DNA of 63,267 nucleotides, filler included, from Octopus bimaculoides (Eukaryota): NCBI RefSeq assembly GCF_001194135.2. It is 5 parts of 5 records of this genome, joined end to end, with 100 filler letters (N's around TTAATTAATTAA, not from the genome) between each part and the next. Parts side by side here need not be neighbours in the genome. Positions count along the whole stretch, not along the records: positions 1 to 30,664 come from NC_068982.1; 4 more parts are not named here. One strand, 5' to 3'. A program made the position numbers and the translations under genes. The notes beneath the pieces are model-generated. The model was not told the origin of the DNA and searched no databases. It saw only the letters and a program-made list of their open reading frames with translations. Shown piece by piece: positions 14,190 to 29,150 of this stretch; position 1 is the stretch's first letter; every line of letters begins with the position of its first letter.

Positions 14190-14480
14190 AGGGCCCGATT
14201 AGTGTGCCGGAGCGCACAAGTAGATACCTGGTATTTAATGGTTATCTGGATTGCAGCTGGAATATTTCCAGTCTCGGGTTATGCTGAAGGGCTGAAAGTT
14301 TTTGAATGACTCTGTGTGTAGACAGGGATAGAAGATCTTCTGGTTGGTTTCTGATAAAATTCTTATTTTGAGATTTCCTATTGAACATAAGTTTCATTTG
14401 GCATCACGGCTGTTGTACTTATTTTTCCTTCTCCTGATTGTGGCGTGGTTAATTCCAAAGCGTTTTAAGCTCAGGAATTT
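14190..14480 (-). mobile_element. Decayed CR1-like LINE 3' fragment
   Basis: Minus-strand translation FLSLKRFGINHATIRRRKNKY...SFKNFQ...PDNH*IPG loosely resembles the CR1 ORF2 C-terminus. Confidence 0.35.
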
Positions 14481-14659
14481 ATTAATATTTACACGCATGC
14501 ACCTCCCCCACCACACAAATACACGCACGCACACATGCACATACATACATTTAGAATGCGATGAAGCCGATACTTCAGTGCATCGGCTAATACATAGTCG
14601 ATACTTCGCTGCGAAGTAACTATCAATCCTCTCTATATACACACGCGTAAAGAAAAAGA

Positions 14660-14912
14660 GTCAAAGGTCCCACGCGAGCCATAGGTTTATGAGATTAGTT
14701 TCTCCGATTCTGTGGTGTATAAATTCCCTCCCCACGTTCTGGACGAGACGTTGGTCCATCGCAGGATTACTTATTTTTGCTAGCTGAGTGGACTGGAGCA
14801 ATGTGAAACGAAGTGTTTTGCTCAAGAACACATCACTCGAAGCAGGAATCTAACCCACAATCTTACGACTAGGAGTGCAAGCAACACCCTAACTATTAAG
14901 CCATGCGCCTCC
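14660..14912 (-). mobile_element. tRNA-derived SINE (B-like head), minus strand
   Basis: Reverse-complement head ...ttttgctcaagaacac...ggaatctaacccac...taactattaagccatgcgcctcc. Confidence 0.7.
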
Positions 14913-15162
14913 ACACACGCACACAGATGCACGCTCACATAAAAAAAACACTAACTGATAAACACACATACACACACGCATACACATACACACGTATTTA
15001 TACGCATATAAGAAATATATCGTAATATATATATAGATATAATCTATCGACGCATATGTAATATAATATATCCGTAATGTATATATTTATATACATATAT
15101 ATTCATTATATATGTATATATTTATATATGCAATACATATCTATACATATAATACATACATA

Positions 15163-15251
<89 letters not shown>

Positions 15252-16553
15252 TAGCTAATATCTTTTAAATGGAGTTAGTGGCAACTATCTGAACATTGAT
15301 ATAGTTTGAACTTCTAAATCTAAAATACATGATTATTCTCCATTCGAATTAATATAACTAGGTTCCAAGTTATCTTTGATGCACCTTCCACATCAATGAT
15401 ACATTTTGGTTTTCCACGGAAAATTAAACATATCGATCTTTGCAAAAATCAACTGACCGTGAAAAGGATAAATATGAAGAATTTAGTAAATCATATTCAG
15501 TAGAACTGTATTGAAGACTTTTTCAATAGATGCAATGAACATAAGTATAAACGGGTATAACTGGCGTATAAGGCGAATCAAAGGAAACTTCTACGAATCA
15601 AAAACACTAAGTGGGGCCTCAGTCTGCTAGAAATAACAAGCGAAAACCTCGTCTAGTCACACACTATCCTCTTAAAAATATACGAACACATTTGATAATT
15701 TAGTCACATATTTACATTCTGTCTGATAAATAGAACGGATGATTACAGATAGAATAGTTCTGATCACAGGTTTACTCTACCAGGGTTGAAAAGAGAAGAA
15801 ACAACAACAACAACAACGATAAATGTGCAGATTAATAGAAATACCTTCAATCAATCGCGTTTCATTCCCCACCAGGCTGATATACCATACACTGGATAAA
15901 TAAATTGATTTCCTTCTGATTAGAAAGAATGCTTTAGATTTAAAATAAATATGAATTAGGTCGTCTCGTATTTGTCTTTTTTCTAAAGGTGAATGATTTC
16001 TCTTCAAAATTGAATCTAAAACCTACTCTATGGTGGATGAAATAATGTTTGATATATAATGTTGTAGTATTATTAGCTCTTGGTCAACCTTGATCGAGCA
16101 GATCTCGGACTAAAGGTATCCCAATCATGACTATCCTGCCATTTAAAGTTATATAGAGTCACACAATCTAATATCTTGCTTTATATAAAACAATAAGTGC
16201 TATACTTATATAACAGATCGAATGACTCTTCTGATCCTTGTTTTATTTATTGCTCACTAAAATGTGTTTTATTTATTGATCAGTAAAATGAATAAAAATG
16301 TTTGGATTTAAGAGAGAGGACGACAGTTTAAATTGGGAATAGAGACTTCTTTCACAAAAGCCTATCGTAAGCATAGCAACGACGCTGAAGAGCTTCGGCC
16401 CTAAATTCTTAGCATTTTTATTTTCCTTCCCGTTGCCTTTTTGTTTATTGCAGTTCAGCATCATAAAGGAATACGAAGAAAGTATTGCACTTGAGAGGCC
16501 TCCATTGTATCAATACAAATAAACTATTATTATACACTTGAGAGGCAGAATGG

Positions 16554-16622
<69 letters not shown>

Positions 16623-17183
16623 CATACATATATATGCGCACACACACATACACACACACATACGTCAGTTAATAACTGTTGGTTGCCTCACTACTCGGTT
16701 TATATCAGTATCGGAGTTATAAACAAATACACGTTGGAGCCATTACATATAAAAAACACAATTGCAGAAATANNNNNNNNNNNNNNNNNNNNNNNNNNNN
16801 NNNNNNNNNNNNNNNNNNNNNNNNNNNNNNNNNNNNNNNNNNNNNNNNNNNNNNNNNNNNNNNNNNNNNNNNNNNNNNNNNNNNNNNNNNNNNNNNNNNN
16901 NNNNNNNNNNNNNNNNNNNNNNNNNNNNNNNNNNNNNNNNNNNNNNNNNNNNNNNNNNNNNNNNNNNNNNNNNNNNNNNNNNNNNNNNNNNNNNNNNNNN
17001 NNNNNNNNNNNNNNNNNNNNNNNNNNNNNNNNNNNNNNNNNNNNNNNNNNNNNNNNNNNNNNNNNNNNNNNNNNNNNNNNNNNNNNNNNNNNNNNNNNNN
17101 NNNNNNNNNNNNNNNNNNNNNNNNNNNNNNNNNNNNNNNNNNNNNNNNNNNNNNNNNNNNNNNNNNNNNNNNNNNNNNNNNNN

Positions 17184-17258
<75 letters not shown>

Positions 17259-18806
17259 CCACACACAAATATATCAGTATACATTGTCAAGGTCATTTTG
17301 TCTGTAAAAGTACACGCTCTGGTCATAACTTGTTTCATTCTGACTTAAAAAGCACACACATGCTTACATACACACGTAATCCAAAGTCTATAAAGCAGCG
17401 AGGTAAAAAAAAAAAAAAGTGGATTCAGTTTGTTGTTGCGAAAGACCTGGGGTAGATGAGTCTACATTATTGGTGAGGTTACCGATGTCAACAAAAAGCT
17501 TCTGGTAAACTGATTTATCGATCAAGCGAATTATCTAAACAGTTGATAAAGTAATTTTAATTAGCAAGATGAACAATGATAAATATTGGAGGTGGGGGGG
17601 AATAATACCCACTGCGCGTAATTTTATTAACAAAATGACCCTCCCTTGGTTGCAGCCTTCTTCTTGTAATATTGAATATGAAAGAATTTATACGTACATG
17701 CTTGCATTTATATAGACGGCATTTTACAGAACAACTGTATATTTATAGTTTAGTCAAATAAAGCTAGCTCATCAGATTACCAGACCATCATGGTCATATC
17801 AATATTTCTACTCAAAATATACACAGAAAATTAACTCGCTATATTTATAATGTAGGAAGTCCAGAACTTGACAAATTTACATTCATTTGTTAGTAAAAGG
17901 TAACCAACAGAGCAAAAACGTGCTGTGATACTATTCATTATAGAAAATAACGCCAATTAAGTTTAAGTACCAGATAGAAAATTGAGGAATTTACCATCCA
18001 TAATATAAAAAAAAACAACAAAAAATAAAAAGGAGAAATAACAAGAGATAAACTAAAAAATAACTTATAAATATAAGTAAATGTAACTCCAAAGATCAAT
18101 TCTTTTAACTCAGTCAATGTTGACAAAATACCTACCGAAAATTGCAAAAATCCACGTATTTCGAGCTAGCTTTAAAAACATTTAAAGCTTATTACTTATT
18201 AACAGCAGTTCGTGAGCATCTTATCTTTTCTAATCATATTGTAAGATCCAAGATCTTAATAGAACACATATATTCACTTCTTCAAAAGCTTAATTTCTTG
18301 TGTAACGGGGTGGGGATGTGTGTCAAAGATGGGAGAAAATGATAAGTTTGAAAATTCGGAGTCTTTTGTTTTTAATTTCCGAACCAGAATAACTTCTTAT
18401 CACTAAGTTGAAAATATATAAAACTATATATATTGTGAACACCTCCCTGAAAATGGCTCAAAACGGAAATTCCCGGTTTGGGGGCAGTCCAGAGCCATAG
18501 AGATCAATGAGAAACTTTTAAACATGAAAACCTTTGGACATTGACATCTTGGCAACATTGTAGTTGGCAAATGGAATTTCATACTTTCATAATACCTTTA
18601 TAGATTTAAGATGCCGAAAATAAGAAAACTTCTACTAGTTCCATATTGACAGGTGATGGGACTAGTGTATTTTTTTCTTTCTAAAGCTGAGGAAAATTAA
18701 TCAAACTAGCTAAAAGAAAGAAATAACATGAAACAGTGAAAAGAACATATACATAAATATACATGTACATAAATATATCGTCAAGCATACAAGTACACGC
18801 AGATAC

Positions 18807-18837
<31 letters not shown>

Positions 18838-18871
18838 CATACATACATGCATGCATGCATACATACATACA

Positions 18872-18904
<33 letters not shown>

Positions 18905-18929
18905 TGTAGTCTCTTTTACTCCAAGAATG

Positions 18930-19850
18930 AGGATTGTATATGAATATATTTCCCCCTTTCTTCTTAACTTATTCGTGGGTCAAAGAGGAAATGCAACATC
19001 AATTATAGAGCACATGTGGTTTACTTTGTCCACCGCCATTAAGTTCAGCTTGTGCTCAAGCAGCTGGTCTGTTTGGATTAGGAAATCTCGCAGGCTTTTG
19101 CAAGTCTGTCTCTGATATATTCACTCTGTGGTTCTTGCTCATAACACGACTTGCCTCTCTCTAGCCGCCATTGTTCATAGAGGTTTCGATGCAGCACTTT
19201 CACTACCTCAGCGTGTTGTCACAACTTATATTAGGTTTGGATAAGTCAAGGGCATTCGTTCACAATAAGAGCAGTGGTTTCGTCAGATCTGTTACAAATT
19301 CGGTACAATGGGGACACTTGCTCATTTCTAAAGTTGGCCCTCCAATTTTTGCCAAAAACTTGGTTTTGCCCTACCAGTATAGTGCTCTCACTTTCTTTCT
19401 TCGGTGTACCTTTCTTTAACATTTATGTTAACATCCATCTATATTCTCCAGCAACTTCAGCTGTGGCTACATGAAATTGGTTGTGTAGTGTTTCTTCAAA
19501 TCCTTCTTGTACTTTTTGCTTTGTTCTTTTCTTTTTTCCTACTTTCAATATACCCTCATTTCTAACTGCATCTAAGAAGGTTTCCTCACTTTGGGTTAGA
19601 TATCTCAGCAAGTCCCCATGTTCAATAAGCACGCAGACTTCCACACTTATAAGTCCCCTTCTTCCATTTGCTTTCTTCACGTAGAGGCGGTAGATGATGG
19701 GCTCATTATCAATTATTATTTTCACAGTGATGATCAGGTTAAAACCGGATCGTTTAGTTTACTTCCTATCAAATTGTATAACTTCATATGGACTACTTAT
19801 CTCAGGATATTTGCTGTTCCCGAAAGTGTTGTATTGAAGGATTCTGTACT
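18930..19850 (-). mobile_element. Decayed R4/Dong-like LINE with restriction-like endonuclease (3' portion)
   Basis: Minus strand: RLYVKKANGRRGLISVE, LHNQF, LKKGTPKKESESTILVGQNQ, zinc-knuckle remnant SPLYRICNRSDETTALIVNEC, KVLHRNL, IQTDQLLEH and CSIIDVAFP. This is the RT-CCHC-RLE layout of R4-type elements. Confidence 0.8.
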
Positions 19851-20084
19851 CACCCAAGTACTTATATTTTTTAAGTCTGATACTTATCCTATCGGTCGAT
19901 TCTGCTGAATTGCTAAGTTACGGAGACGTAAACAAATCAACACTAGATGTCAAGAGGTGATGGTGAAAAACGCAGACACAAGGACACAGACAAAAACATA
20001 AACATACACTCACACTGTACGAGTGTAACGCAGAATTTTTTACTGCAAATATTTGTCTATATTTTCTTGGGTATCTATCTTTCT

Positions 20085-20117
20085 ATCTATCTGTCTGTCT
20101 GTCTGCATGTATGTCTG

Positions 20118-20196
<79 letters not shown>

Positions 20197-20291
20197 GCCT
20201 ATCTATCGATCTGTATATCTGTTCACCAACTCATCTGCCTGTCTACTTGTTTGTAAGTCTATTGTCTGTCTGTCTGTCAGTCTGTCTGTCA

Positions 20292-20323
<32 letters not shown>

Positions 20324-20325
20324 CC
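20085..20325. repeat. (TATC)n/(TCTG)n tetranucleotide tract
   Basis: Seen directly. Confidence 0.95.
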
Positions 20326-20862
20326 TTTAGTGATAAAACTGCTGGAGTTATCACTTTTGATAATTGCATTGTGATTTTGACGGTAGAACCGAGTGGTGCA
20401 CTGCATTTTCGAGCAAGGTAATTAATTTCTTGTTGACATAGTCCATTCAGCTAAAAGTATGATTACCAGCGGCAGCTTGGGGCTACTATAGGCAACACAC
20501 TGGAGTATTGTTCAAGGAGAGGTGTTGTACTTATGCTGATATAACCACTTGAAGATCTAAATATATTCAGTATGATTATGCAATATGAGAAAAAGTCTTC
20601 TAAACAATTCTTCGAATTCTCGTTGAGTGTTTTTGAAGCAATAATCTCAGATGGAGCAAGATCTATGAGAACTTGCCTCAAACTCTAAAAGTTGAATATA
20701 TTTTTCTCTCTCCACTGAAAAATAGCTGCAGAAATGCTGGCATGACAGTGTAGTGAGACGGATACGGTGCGGAAGACCATCAAATACACTAAGTCTCCAC
20801 AGACCTCTAACACGCACTCACCTCTAACATATACACGGATACATATATATAAGGCAAGTATG

Positions 20863-20946
<84 letters not shown>

Positions 20947-21402
20947 CGTATATCTATATAGTTTATTGTTTTACTAATTTTGAACATTAAACTGTCGCCA
21001 TGATGGGGCAACGTATTCAGAGATTTTAGTTGAACTTAGCGATACCTATTCATGTAACAGTATGTTACTTATTTTATCACTATCTATTTTGCTGTCCTTC
21101 CAAGTTGCGGGACATAAAGAAACGTAACATACACAACACCGATTTTTCAATCAGCGTAAATGTAAACAGAATTTTGGAACGAAACGAATGGTACAAAACT
21201 TTGGGTGACTTCTGTAGAAATTTCAGCCATTGAAAGATTGTATATACTGTGCTTTATACTCATAGTTCCATCTCCCCTGTTTGTAAAACCAAACCTACAC
21301 ATTTATACACGGATACACCCATATTCACACATACGGATATATATCCATCCATACATACATACATATATACATACATACATACATACATACATGCATATAC
21401 AT

Positions 21403-21438
<36 letters not shown>

Positions 21439-23553
21439 NNNNNNNNNNNNNNNNNNNNNNNNNNNNNNNNNNNNNNNNNNNNNNNNNNNNNNNNNNNNNN
21501 NNNNNNNNNNNNNNNNNNNNNNNNNNNNNNNNNNNNNNNNNNNNNNNNNNNNNNNNNNNNNNNNNNNNNNNNNNNNNNNNNNNNNNNNNNNNNNNNNNNN
21601 NNNNNNNNNNNNNNNNNNNNNNNNNNNNNNNNNNNNNNNNNNNNNNNNNNNNNNNNNNNNNNNNNNNNNNNNNNNNNNNNNNNNNNNNNNNNNNNNNNTA
21701 TGTATATATATACATATATAATTGAATGATATTATATCCCACTTTTACAAGGGTACACACGTTCCTATACACAAGCATTGAATTAATTGATTTTCCATGC
21801 AAACTTTCTACTCCATACGAATTACGTAAAGCAATGAAGCGAATGACACAATTTTCTTAATATTACATAAACTACGATACGTGATTATATTAACGTAACC
21901 CACGCAACTGGAGAATATATATTGCTGAAGAATAAATTCCTGTGTGTATACAATGTTTTCGATTTTCATTCCAGCAACACTTTGGAAAAAGAAAAAAATG
22001 GCAAAAGGGCGATACTTTAAAAGAATAATGATATTTTAATTGTGGTCGAAGCTTGGCATTTGACCCTGGCATTATTTCTTTTCTTTGCTAACTTCGTTTG
22101 GCTAGCGTGATCTTATGGGATATTCAATGGAAAAGTGATATTCCCCAGAAGTCATTCTGAGTCACCATTAAGTGGAATCTTCTTTCAATATGAAATAGAA
22201 AATTGAATCACATGTACAGAGAAACGTACATGCATCCATATATGAGTCTACGTGCGCACGCACACACTTATATACATATACAAATATATATTCATGCACA
22301 CCCACACATACACACACACACATATACATACACAGATGCATATTTTTATATATGAATATGTACACAAACCTACATACATCCATATATATGTCTGTGTGTA
22401 TGTTCGTTTACAATGAACACGCACTCACGTGGATACACAGGCCAGTAAATATGCACATACACGCACACGCACACGCATAAACACACACATACGCACACAC
22501 TCACGCACGCGTACACATACAGATCTATGTATATATACAAGTATACATACATATATAAATATTTATAATCGCAGTCAAACTACATTTTTTAACTTCGTTT
22601 TAGCCTTTCACGTGTAAGGTTAAGCTGGAGCACTACCTATTAGAATACTTACACCAGTCAAGAACAAGGCCATGTGAGCACCACATGACCTTATTCTTAC
22701 AAAGAGTTATATTAACTGTTCTGTGTAGTCTCCGTTATATATCTTAAAGTCATGCTTAGATTTTGATTCTTTCTTGTGGTTAGTATAACTAAATTTTCGG
22801 ATCAGAGAGTTGGTACCATACACTGGGATTAACAGTACACACACACACACACACGCACACACGCATATATATATACTGTTAATCTCAGGGTAGAGTAGTC
22901 TTTACTAAATCACTGATCCAACATTATATATATACATATATGCGTATGTATGTATGTACGTACGTATTTATATATATATANNNNNNNNNNNNNNNNNNNN
23001 NNNNNNNNNNNNNNNNNNNNNNNNNNNNNNNNNNNNNNNNNNNNNNNNNNNNNNNNNNNNNNNNNNNNNNNNNNNNNNNNNNNNNNNNNNNNNNNNNNNN
23101 NNNNNNNNNNNNNNNNNNNNNNNNNNNNNNNNNNNNNNNNNNNNNNNNNNNNNNNNNNNNNNNNNNNNNNNNNNNNNNNNNNNNNNNNNNNNNNNNNNNN
23201 NNNNNNNNNNNNNNNNNNNNNNNNNNNNNNNNNNNNNNNNNNNNNNNNNNNNNNNNNNNNNNNNNNNNNNNNNNNNNNNNNNNNNNNNNNNNNNNNNNNN
23301 NNNNNNNNNNNNNNNNNNNNNNNNNNNNNNNNNNNNNNNNNNNNNNNNNNNNNNNNNNNNNNNNNNNNNNNNNNNNNNNNNNNNNNNNNNNNNNNNNNNN
23401 NNNNNNNNNNNNNNNNNNNNNNNNNNNNNNNNNNNNNNNNNNNNNNNNNNNNNNNNNNNNNNNNNNNNNNNNNNNNNNNNNNNNNNNNNNNNNNTATATA
23501 TATATATATATGCACGTATATATATATATACACATGTATATATATGTGTGTAT

Positions 23554-23596
<43 letters not shown>

Positions 23597-24354
23597 CATG
23601 AACACACACATTTAAATATATATAGCGTGTATAAGCCTTACTCCCTCTCACTGTCTGTACACTTACACACACACACACTCGTATAAACTTAAATTTTAGG
23701 GTTATTATAAAAGACGTTTTGGAGTAATAGAAGATCATTTGCCAATGATGGGGTGACTCAAAACTAAAAAAAATAGTCTCCAGCGTATTATACGTGAAGA
23801 ATTAGTTTGATCAGGACTTCAAATGTCGGCAGATAACTAGTTTCATTGCATAAGACAGACAGAAATTCAACTTCCACTGACATTAATTATTCGTACCTAC
23901 CTACCTTCCTACCTACCTGCCTACCTACCTACCTACCTACCTACCTACATGCATACATATAAACACGCATAAAAATACGCACACATATACATACATATAT
24001 GAAACATATACATGTGTTATACAAGTGTATATAGGTATATATATNNNNNNNNNNNNNNNNNNNNNNNNNNNNNNNNNNNNNNNNNNNNNNNNNNNNNNNN
24101 NNNNNNNNNNNNNNNNNNNNNNNNNNNNNNNNNNNNNNNNNNNNNNNNNNNNNNNNNNNNNNNNNNNNNNNNNNNNNNNNNNNNNNNNNNNNNNNNNNNN
24201 NNNNNNNNNNNNNNNNNNNNNNNNNNNNNNNNNNNNNNNNNNNNNNNNNNNNNNNNNNNNNNNNNNATATATATATATATATATATATATACCTATATAC
24301 ACATGTATTATATGTTTCATATATGTATGCATATGTGTGCGTATTTTTCCTACT

Positions 24355-24790
24355 GGGTGTGGAAGAATGGACATTGTCCATGATTTTTGCAGCTTCTTGA
24401 AGACTGGTGTGCTTCATGTTGTTAATATTTTATTTAAACTGTTACAGTCCAACGGCCACAAGAAAATGCCCTCTGTTCTGGGTATAGTGGTAAGTGCGGG
24501 ACTCACTTTGAGTAGGCTGGGGTGCTTCTGCTGAGGTGGTATAAGAGATCAGTCAGCTCTGAGGAACAGATGCTATTACAGAAGCAATAGAGAAAGCAGC
24601 GCGAGAAGACAGCACACCTGTGTGTCTGAAGTTTGGCTGAAGCGTATCGTTAGTAATATAATACAAATCAGTTTAGTGGCTCTTCTCGGGGTGCAGTCAA
24701 TGTTACCTCTGTGAATAAGAGCAGTACCGCCATCTCAGATGTGGGCGTAGTTTGTCAGTGTGGGCGTCAGTTAGGCCTTCTAGAATATTA
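24355..24790 (-). mobile_element. Decayed L2/CR1-superfamily LINE RT C-terminus
   Basis: Minus-strand remnants PTLTNYAHI*DGG, IDCTPRRATKLI, TLQP and YCFCNSICSSELTDL match the post-RT region of L2/CR1-type ORF2. Confidence 0.6.
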
Positions 24791-25890
24791 GAAGTTGCAT
24801 CCAGTTAAGGACAGCAACAATGACGGCGACGGTGACAGCGACAACGATAACAAAGGCGACAATGACAACGACAACGATGATGAAGATGTAATACTTCAAT
24901 CGGTTTCTAAAATTTTTACTTGAATAACTAATATTTTCATTGTTCACAAAACGTCCGTAAGATGATGTAACTAAACGCATTATGAACAAACTCTCCTGTT
25001 TTAATACAACGACATGAGCACAGGGAAGAGCGACACTCGAGCGACACTGCATATCTATTCTAAATATATCTCAGCAGATCTCATCGTGAATGAGCTAATC
25101 GATGTTGCATTTCGCCATTGGAGAACCAAGTTCTTTAGTCACTCGTTGCTCACTTATATTCTACTTCCTCCCCTTTTTTTCTCCCTCTACCACTCTTTCT
25201 CCCGACTCCTCGCTGGTCATATGTGTCCAGCTACTAATTCTTTTCATTCTTGGTCTCCCCAAAGCTCGCATGTACATTTTCGTCCTTCCAGTTCGTGCTT
25301 CACAGCGTTCAATACACACATACTTTTCCACGTCTGGCTGTATAGCCTTTTTTGTTTGTTTATTTCACCGTTTCGTTTTCCAGTCTTGTTTTCCGTCCGC
25401 CACTATCCTCCATGGAACAAATTTAATTTGTATCCGTGGGAAGAGCCATTTTAACGATGCGTCCTGCCCTAACTCTTCGAAACGCCAGTGTTATAATTGT
25501 GGCAGCTGATGAAGGGTATGTTCTCTATGTGGTCTGTGTGTTTTTTGTACCTTGTTTATCATTTTGTCCATGTTTTTTTGCGACGTCATGTACCCAGATA
25601 TGCATCTATATGTACATGTAGATGAAGGTATGTACATATATATGCATATACTCATATATTGTATATATATATATATATATATATAATTCTTTAACAAGAA
25701 GAATATAAATGTCTATATTATTAGGTGGTTTGTTGGACAAAGGTAGCAGTTGAACGGTGGTTCACTATATTGTCATTCAATCAATCAACCGATTAATTAA
25801 TTAAATTGCACCATGAACACTCAAATGCATATCCGAAACAGATGTAAGTCTATAATGCACAAATAAATGTATAAACCCATTATCTATTCC

Positions 25891-25928
<38 letters not shown>

Positions 25929-27445
25929 ACAGACACACAGACATGCATTAAGTCCTGAGAAGATTTAATCAATGAGAAANNNNNNNNNNNNNNNATATAT
26001 ATGTTATTCTGTAAGAAGAAAAGTATTGACTGCGATAACGAAGTTTCGGTTGGCTAAGCCATCTTCGGCCTGTCGTATATATTGAGTTATCTTGGTTTTA
26101 CATAGTCTCAGTTAAGTCGAGATTTTCTAGGTTAAGCGCAGCTGTGTTGAATGACAATTAGGTTTGAAAGTAAGCTGTGATGGTGAGGCGCTATAGAATA
26201 TTTCGAAACACAAAAGCATTTTAAACCAATATTTTTTGCTAACGGTTAAACATAAAATACCTCACTACCTTTTCTCTTCCCCTCTATTTTCATAATAAAC
26301 TATCCCCGTAATATCCATCAAAACATTACAGCTTTTCGCTAAAGAAATACTCTAGAAATGATCTAAGATAAAAGCACACACCTACATACGCACATATATG
26401 CAAAGAAGACACAAGACTAACTTGGCTTATGATATTTTGTATTTATTATGTTATTGTTATTTTATTATTGTTATTTTTATATTCATTCTTCTTTTTATAC
26501 ATGATCATATCCACAAATTGTATAATGAACAACTTTGCACAGGTGAAAATAATTTGTAATAAAATACCCACACTTGAAACTTAATAGAAGAAATATTTAT
26601 AAAAAACATAGCCCCCAGACTTTACCCCATAATAATACAAGGGTAAAATTTCTAAATATCAATTAAATACTACGACAATGAACTCCTAGATACAAATATT
26701 TTGGCCAAGAACTTTTACACATACCTAAATTCATTTGTGGACATTAAAATATAAGATAAACAAATTTCTATACTAACTACATCCTGACATGCTTAACTGA
26801 CAACCTCCAATAACACAATTCAGACAGGTGAAATATCCCGAATACTACTACTAAAACTTATCACCTACTTACACTCTTCTGTGAACACTTAAAACTCCAT
26901 CACCTAAAATCTGACACAACTAAAGAAAAGAAACACACCTGGTCTGAACTGTGAATTCTCGAAACAAAAGTTAAATTTCTTATTAGAATCTAAATAATAT
27001 CAGCAACAACTTATCTGCTGACGCAGCTACTGATCAACAACACCCTTCAAACATTTTTGAATCCCTAAATATCATCCCCATGATGTCAAACTTATACACC
27101 TAAATAGACACACTTGATTAGGAAGTTCTTCTTGAATAAAGTCTGGACAATAATAAACCCCCAAAATTTAATGACTAGACATTTTCGATAGCTCTTCTCC
27201 ATCATAACTTACCATAAAACTTAATTATTAACCCAGAGAGCTCCGCTTATCTCATACAATTTTAACTTGACCGAGATTTTACAAAGTCAAGAGGAACTCA
27301 AATGTAAGACAAGCAAAACTTCGAAGTCACATTTAGTTCTATTTTCGTTAAAGAATGATCAATTTGTACCCTACATAAAGTATTGAGTCATCCTTCAGTA
27401 TATTGTAAAATTTTTATTATTAGAACTCAACACAAAAACAAGCAC

Positions 27446-27549
<104 letters not shown>

Positions 27550-29090
27550 TTTAGAGGTAATACTTGATAAGTGTAAGCACCTGTATATGCCGTATATATA
27601 TACATATATATATACGTATATGCGTGTGTGCATGTGTGTGATATAAATGTGTGTATATATGTATATATTTGTGCATAAGCGTATCTATCTATCTATTTAT
27701 ATATGTATATGCCTATCCTCCTCGTTGCTTTCCCCTCTGTGTGTGTGTGTGCATGTGTGTGTGAGGGAATTTCAAATTCTATAGATGAAAAACTATATAA
27801 ACTAAGATCCATGCATTTGCTGATAGCTAAGATATTAAAGATAACGGGAATTATGTGAATGTTTAAATAATCTTGGTGTGTAAAGCGATGGTGATCTGTC
27901 TTTCAGCTTTTCCGGCAGATATTCTCCAAAATGCCGGCATGTATTGCAGGTCTCTGATCTTTGATGGTTAACATGTGCGTAATGAATTTTAGATGGATGG
28001 ATTATGGAGATTCATCACGAATATCATGCAGGCTGTATCGAGTGGTAAGATAATATCAGAGCGTGGACCAAGATATGGAACTATGCCTCTCTGCGATACA
28101 AATTTATGAAAAGACACTTAACAGATGTTCATGCAGGGATTCGAACAAAGCTTTTACTAGAGAGGTTTTCCATTGCTCCCACTGCTGAAAGAGTTGAATT
28201 GATTACTACAAGCTAACACCTCATGCGATTAATAAACGTATTTTAGAATATGCTAGGTAGAATTAAGGCATATCATGAATAATATAACTGAGCGAGTCAC
28301 GTTGACAATCTACCTGCCTCCTGTGTACATCGATCAGAACAAAACAGCAGCTACATAAAGACGACGATAGCAACATTAGCAATAAAAGCACTAACATCAT
28401 CATCATCATCAGCAACAACAACAACAAAAACAACAACAACGACGACAGCAGCAACAAAAACAACAACAATAAAAAACTATGACAACAACTAACCACTTGA
28501 CAAGTATACAGAGATGCTCTGATGTGGAGAAACGAGCTGTTATTACTTACTCTGTACCTATTTACACCTAGGTAGACAGGCGCTGTTTGACAGGTTGAGA
28601 TGTATTTTTATTTTCTCGGAAATGAAACGAAAGACACGCAGGTAACAGAATTTTTTGATGCATAACAGCAAGAATCTAAAGCTCATACTTACTGACATAC
28701 AGACATACACACAGGCACACAAAAGCATATATTTAGGGATACATATGATTTGTGTGCCAGGATATATATGCAGATATAATACGCATACACACACACATAC
28801 ACACACTCACTCACACACACACAAGTCTTTATATGTGTCTATCTATATCCAGTGCTAATATGAGTATGTATGTGTGCCTATAGTTCTACACACATATAGT
28901 GGGAAGTTCATTGATGAAATATGCATAGGCCTGCACCCTTTGTATATTTTGCTGATTCACATGTTAACATTCGTTGATATTCATACATAATCCATGCGGT
29001 TTTTATTGTCCAAATGCTTGGAATGGTGTGATATCTGTAGGATAATAGCAGGATATTTTATATTGCATTCTACAATATAATATATATATA

Positions 29091-29150
<60 letters not shown>

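Noticed and set aside
20331-20417. 87-nt phase 2-2 open exon candidate
   Set aside because: The pyrimidine tract is a (TCTG)n microsatellite and the peptide has no recognisable features.
24448-24489. 42-nt symmetric exon candidate with GTAAGT donor
   Set aside because: It lies within a minus-strand L2/CR1-like LINE remnant, so chance splice signals are more likely.
25014-25509. Overlapping 146-aa and 135-aa ORFs
   Set aside because: No domain similarity is evident. The minus strand weakly resembles a decayed RTE 3' end, and an acceptor-to-donor reading has stops in all frames.
25470-25520. GAAAC...CTGATGA in type II hammerhead order
   Set aside because: Stem I cannot form. It is probably a repeat relic and cannot be supported as a ribozyme.
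26040-26072. Minus-strand CCGAAGA-TGGCTTAGCCAACC-GAAAC motif
   Set aside because: The core is altered and the stems do not close adjacent to the core.
26500-27260. A/C-skewed tract suggestive of an old retroelement
   Set aside because: No motif could be recovered by eye, so it is too decayed to classify.
27993-28044. 52-nt exon candidate (phase 1 to 2 compatible with the SRCR exon at 32683); similar candidate at 28572-28641
   Set aside because: Neither encodes the required SRCR N-half motifs. The missing exon is more likely in an N gap.
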